Shown here: positions 60,426-64,000 of the stretch, piece by piece
How the letters are laid out: every line of letters begins with the position of its first letter
How positions within the stretch are numbered: the stretch's first letter is position 1
Source: an uncultured Candidatus Saccharibacteria bacterium
GTDB lineage: Bacteria; Patescibacteriota; Saccharimonadia; Saccharimonadales; Saccharimonadaceae
Direction of reading: 5' to 3'
Length of the DNA stretch: 64,000 bases
Assembly (NCBI GenBank): GCA_944391325.1
Contig: CALXTC010000016.1
Span: 7,303 to 71,302 of the forward strand
Position numbers and translations under genes: made by a program
The notes under the pieces: generated by a model
What the model saw: the letters and a program-made list of their open reading frames with translations, nothing else
What the model was told of the DNA's origin: nothing
Database searches by the model: none

Positions 60426-62648
60426 ATGGCTTTATCAAGCATTGACGATATTCTAGAGGGCTTAAATCCTGAACAGCGACGGGCTGTCGAGGCTACCGAC
60501 GGTCCACTGCTGATTCAGGCTGGTGCTGGTTCGGGAAAAACTAAGACTCTGACACACCGAATCGCCTACATAATCGCCAAGGGGCTAGCTAATCCGGCGG
60601 AAATATTAGCCGTCACCTTCACTAACAAGGCGGCTGGTGAAATGCGCGATCGCCTGGCCAGTATGTTGGGGGCTAATAACGACCGCAGCTTTATGCCGTG
60701 GATGGGAACATTCCATTCAATGGCGGTGCGAATATTGCGCTTTTATGGTGAACATATTGGCATACCATCTAATTTCGTTATCTACGATGAATCTGATCGG
60801 CTGGTGTTAATTAAAACCATCCTAAAGGACTTGGGTGCTAATGAAAAAGAATTTAACCCCCGAACTATCGTTAGTTATATATCGAACGCTAAAAATGACT
60901 GTCAGTCGCCCGACGATTATCGCCGGCTTGCTATCCACTCACCGCTACAGCAAATGGCAGCCGAGGTCTATTCTCGCTACGCTAGCCGGATGAAAAACAA
61001 TTGCGCCCTCGATTTTGATGATTTATTACTAGAGGCTGTCAGGTTGCTAGAGGAATCTAGTGAAGTTCGGCAAAAATTACAGCAAAGATTTAAGTTTATT
61101 TTGATCGACGAATACCAGGACACCAACCGGGCTCAATATAGATTGGTAAAGTTGTTATTAAATGATCATCGTAATATCTGCGCTGTTGGCGACGATTGGC
61201 AGTCGATTTACTCTTGGCGAGGGGCGGATTTTACCAACATTTTGAACTTTGAACGGGACTTTCCAGGTGCAACCGTTATTAAATTAGAGCAGAACTATCG
61301 CTCGACCCAGGAAATCTTAAACGCTGCTCACAATGTAATTGTTAAAAATACTCAACGTAGTAATAAAGAGTTATGGACCAAGAACGAGGGCGGTTGCCCA
61401 GTTGAGATTATCAAGGCACGCAGTGAATTTGACGAGGCTGAGCGAGTGTCTAATAAAATTCAATCGGCTGTTGCGGTGGGGTCGCGTAATTATCATGACT
61501 TTGCCGTGTTGTATCGCACCAATGCCCAATCTCGCGTGTTCGAGCAAATATTTCTGCGTGACGGCACGCCATATAGAATCATTGGCGGGTTGCGTTTCTA
61601 TGACCGGGCGGAAATCAAGGATATTATTGCCTATCTGCGTCTACTATATCAGCCAGATGATGCCATATCATTTAGACGGATTGTCAATGTGCCAAAGCGC
61701 GGCCTAGGCGATGTGTCAGTTGGTAAATTTTTAACTTGGCGAGACGCGGGCGGGCAGGATGTCCTAACGGCGCTAGCGACTATCCAGGATTGCCCTAATC
61801 TTGCCACTAGAGCAAAGGCTAGTCTGCGACAGCTGGGCGTCGACCTAGAGGATATCCGTTCAAAGATTGATGACTGTACGCCCGATAAAATTATCGAAGC
61901 TGTTATCCAACGTTTTCATTATGACGAATTTATTGATGACGGCACCGATCAGGGTGAGTCACGCAAGGAGAACGTCGGTGAATTAATATCTATGGCCAAG
62001 GAGTATGGCGATTTGGCTAGTTTCCTAGAGGAAGTTGCGTTAGTCAGTAGTGCTGATGCCACTAATACCGATGACGCTGTCACGTTAATGACATTACATG
62101 CTGCCAAGGGGCTGGAGTTCCCAGTTGTCTTTATGGTTGGTATGGAAGATGGCCTATTCCCAAGTGCCCAATCCGAATTGGAGCCGGCTCGAATGGAGGA
62201 GGAGCGACGACTATGTTATGTCGGCATGACGCGAGCCAGGGAAGAACTCTATTTAACTTATGCTGATCGGCGTATGGTGCGCGGTGATACCCGCTTTAAT
62301 ATTCCGTCGGTTTTTCTAGCCGACGCGATGGGCGATGAGGCGTTGTGTCAAGAGTCTAGTTCGGATGGAATTGACGAGGAAATTAGTTACGATAATTTTG
62401 ATGATTATAGTAATAATAACTATGGCGCAAGGGCTAATCATCGGTCAATGACCAGGCGGTATAGCAACGAGCCACATTATGAGCCCGAGCAGGTTAATCT
62501 GTCATTAGGTGATAAAGTTAGACACAATTTATTTGGGGTTGGCGTGGTGACCAGTATTGACGGTTCGATTGTCGAGGTTCACTTCAAAAAGGACGGCGTT
62601 TTGCGCAAACTAAACGTGGCTTTTGCACCACTTACCAAGATTAACTAG
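60426..62648 (+). CDS. pcrA: ATP-dependent DNA helicase PcrA/UvrD
   Basis: AGAGSGKT, TFTNKAA, DEYQD, QNYRS, TLHAAKGLEF, EERRLCYV; C-terminal Tudor-like domain. Confidence 0.95.
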   Translation: MALSSIDDILEGLNPEQRRAVEATDGPLLIQAGAGSGKTKTLTHRIAYIIAKGLANPAEILAVTFTNKAAGEMRDRLASMLGANNDRSFMPWMGTFHSMAVRILRFYGEHIGIPSNFVIYDESDRLVLIKTILKDLGANEKEFNPRTIVSYISNAKNDCQSPDDYRRLAIHSPLQQMAAEVYSRYASRMKNNCALDFDDLLLEAVRLLEESSEVRQKLQQRFKFILIDEYQDTNRAQYRLVKLLLNDHRNICAVGDDWQSIYSWRGADFTNILNFERDFPGATVIKLEQNYRSTQEILNAAHNVIVKNTQRSNKELWTKNEGGCPVEIIKARSEFDEAERVSNKIQSAVAVGSRNYHDFAVLYRTNAQSRVFEQIFLRDGTPYRIIGGLRFYDRAEIKDIIAYLRLLYQPDDAISFRRIVNVPKRGLGDVSVGKFLTWRDAGGQDVLTALATIQDCPNLATRAKASLRQLGVDLEDIRSKIDDCTPDKIIEAVIQRFHYDEFIDDGTDQGESRKENVGELISMAKEYGDLASFLEEVALVSSADATNTDDAVTLMTLHAAKGLEFPVVFMVGMEDGLFPSAQSELEPARMEEERRLCYVGMTRAREELYLTYADRRMVRGDTRFNIPSVFLADAMGDEALCQESSSDGIDEEISYDNFDDYSNNNYGARANHRSMTRRYSNEPHYEPEQVNLSLGDKVRHNLFGVGVVTSIDGSIVEVHFKKDGVLRKLNVAFAPLTKIN

Positions 62649-62703
62649 TGCGCCAAAATGTGGTTATGCTAGTTTGGCTATGTTATAATAGCCTATACTG
62701 ATT

Positions 62704-63912
62704 ATGGTGAACAGAATTGTCGATGTGGTAGAGCGACTAAAATCTTCTGTCAAAATGAAATGGCTAGCCCTAGCGATAGTGCTGGTCGTAACGGTGTTTT
62801 CGGCTATCTTTACGCCTCTGGTTTGGGCGACAGACAACAGGGTAGATAGTTCGAGTCGTTTAGTGACTTTTTACGACGACGGTGTTGAAAAAACTATACT
62901 AACCAAGAGCAAGACTGTCGGCGATGCCCTGCGTGATGCCGAGATTAATTTAGATGATTTGGACAAAATCTCTCCATCTATTGATACCGAATTAACCGAC
63001 AGTATGACCGTGGTGAACATTCGTCGGGCTAGACCAATTACGGTGGTTGACGGATCGCGCCGAACTCGCGTGGTGACGGCCGAGGTTGACGCCTCTAAGA
63101 TTGCGGCTCAGGTGGATGCGGATTTACTGGCTCGCGATACGGTGGATACCGGTATCATTACAGATTTTATGTCGGCTGGTGGGGCTGGGCAGGAAATTCG
63201 TATTACTAGGGCTAAAACCGTCAACTTGACTCTATACGGACAGAAATTAACTCTGCGCACTCAGCAGACCACCGTTGGGGCAATGCTAACGGAATCTGGT
63301 ATTGGTCTGGCCGATAGCGATACAACTAGCGTTCCGTTGGATACTGCCATTACAGATGGCATGAGCCTGCAGATTTGGCGCAATGGCATCCAGACTATCG
63401 AGCAGGAAGAGGACGTGCCGTTTGAAACCCAGGTGGTGAATGATGCCAGTAAAAAGGTTGGCTATGTCGAGGTTCAGATAGCCGGTCAGGTTGGCAAAAA
63501 GACGGTGATTTACCAGGTCAACATGCAGAATGGCGTTGAGGTTAGCCGTGAAAAAATTTCCGAGGTTGTGACTGTGCCGGCAGTGGCTCAGGTCGAGGTT
63601 CATGGTACCAAGGTTGAACTACCACCGGGCAGTCATACCGACTGGATGCGAATGGCTGGCATCCCGGAGAGCGATTTTGGGGCGGCAAACTTTATCATTA
63701 GTCGCGAATCGGGTTGGCGCTATAATGCCCAGAACCCCAGTGGCGCCTACGGCCTACCACAGGCCTTGCCAGGCAGTAAAATGGCGTCAGCTGGGGCTGA
63801 CTGGCAGACTAATCCAATAACCCAGCTAAAGTGGTTCTATAGTTATTGTAAGGGGCGATATGGTAGCGTGCAGGGTGCCTACGAATTTTGGCAGGCTAAC
63901 CACTGGTATTAA
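62704..63912 (+). CDS. RpfB/YabE-like protein: DUF348 repeats, G5 domain, lytic-transglycosylase-like C-terminus
   Basis: TVGDAL repeats, G5 segment, IISRESGW...AYGLPQALPG...RYGS; located upstream of ksgA. Confidence 0.88.
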   Translation: MVNRIVDVVERLKSSVKMKWLALAIVLVVTVFSAIFTPLVWATDNRVDSSSRLVTFYDDGVEKTILTKSKTVGDALRDAEINLDDLDKISPSIDTELTDSMTVVNIRRARPITVVDGSRRTRVVTAEVDASKIAAQVDADLLARDTVDTGIITDFMSAGGAGQEIRITRAKTVNLTLYGQKLTLRTQQTTVGAMLTESGIGLADSDTTSVPLDTAITDGMSLQIWRNGIQTIEQEEDVPFETQVVNDASKKVGYVEVQIAGQVGKKTVIYQVNMQNGVEVSREKISEVVTVPAVAQVEVHGTKVELPPGSHTDWMRMAGIPESDFGAANFIISRESGWRYNAQNPSGAYGLPQALPGSKMASAGADWQTNPITQLKWFYSYCKGRYGSVQGAYEFWQANHWY

Positions 63913-63931
63913 GTAGTTGGCGGACAGAGTA

Positions 63932-64000
63932 ATGGCAATGCAAGTGCAACCAAATAAATCACTGGGACAAAACTTTCTGTTTGACGCGGATATCCTGTCG
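63932..64000 (+). CDS. rsmA: 16S rRNA dimethyltransferase RsmA/KsgA, 5' fragment
   Basis: MAMQVQPNKSLGQNFLFDADILS; the rpfB-ksgA gene order is conserved. Confidence 0.85.
   Translation, partial: MAMQVQPNKSLGQNFLFDADILS

Overview
This looks like a gene-dense chromosomal segment of a Candidatus Saccharibacteria (TM7, Patescibacteria/CPR) genome using the standard bacterial code; the lineage is inferred from gene content and protein style. It holds about 55 CDS and 6 tRNAs. Housekeeping content includes lower glycolysis (gpmA, eno, pyk, pgk, tpiA), ruvCAB, uvrC, pcrA, a split hrcA-grpE/dnaK/dnaJ locus with four CIRCE-like boxes, aspS, typA, obg, folD, secG and tsaE. There are also transporters, surface proteins (RCC1/Ig, lamin-tail/Cys-repeat, pilin, G5 transglycosylase) and an accessory block with an arylsulfotransferase. 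I found no CRISPR array, integrase, transposase or prophage. The main sequence-level observations are: (1) about half of the genes have a (TGn)TAnnnT -10 box 6-7 nt before the start codon and no Shine-Dalgarno site, i.e. a leaderless-mRNA architecture, with CIRCE operators wrapped around the -35 box; (2) a free-standing ~78-nt three-hairpin sRNA candidate with its own promoter and terminator; (3) a HAD-hydrolase gene frameshifted at a C8 tract; (4) an in-frame TAG inside obg; (5) a tandem duplication of a tRNA-Arg 3' end carrying an antisense copy of the T-arm.
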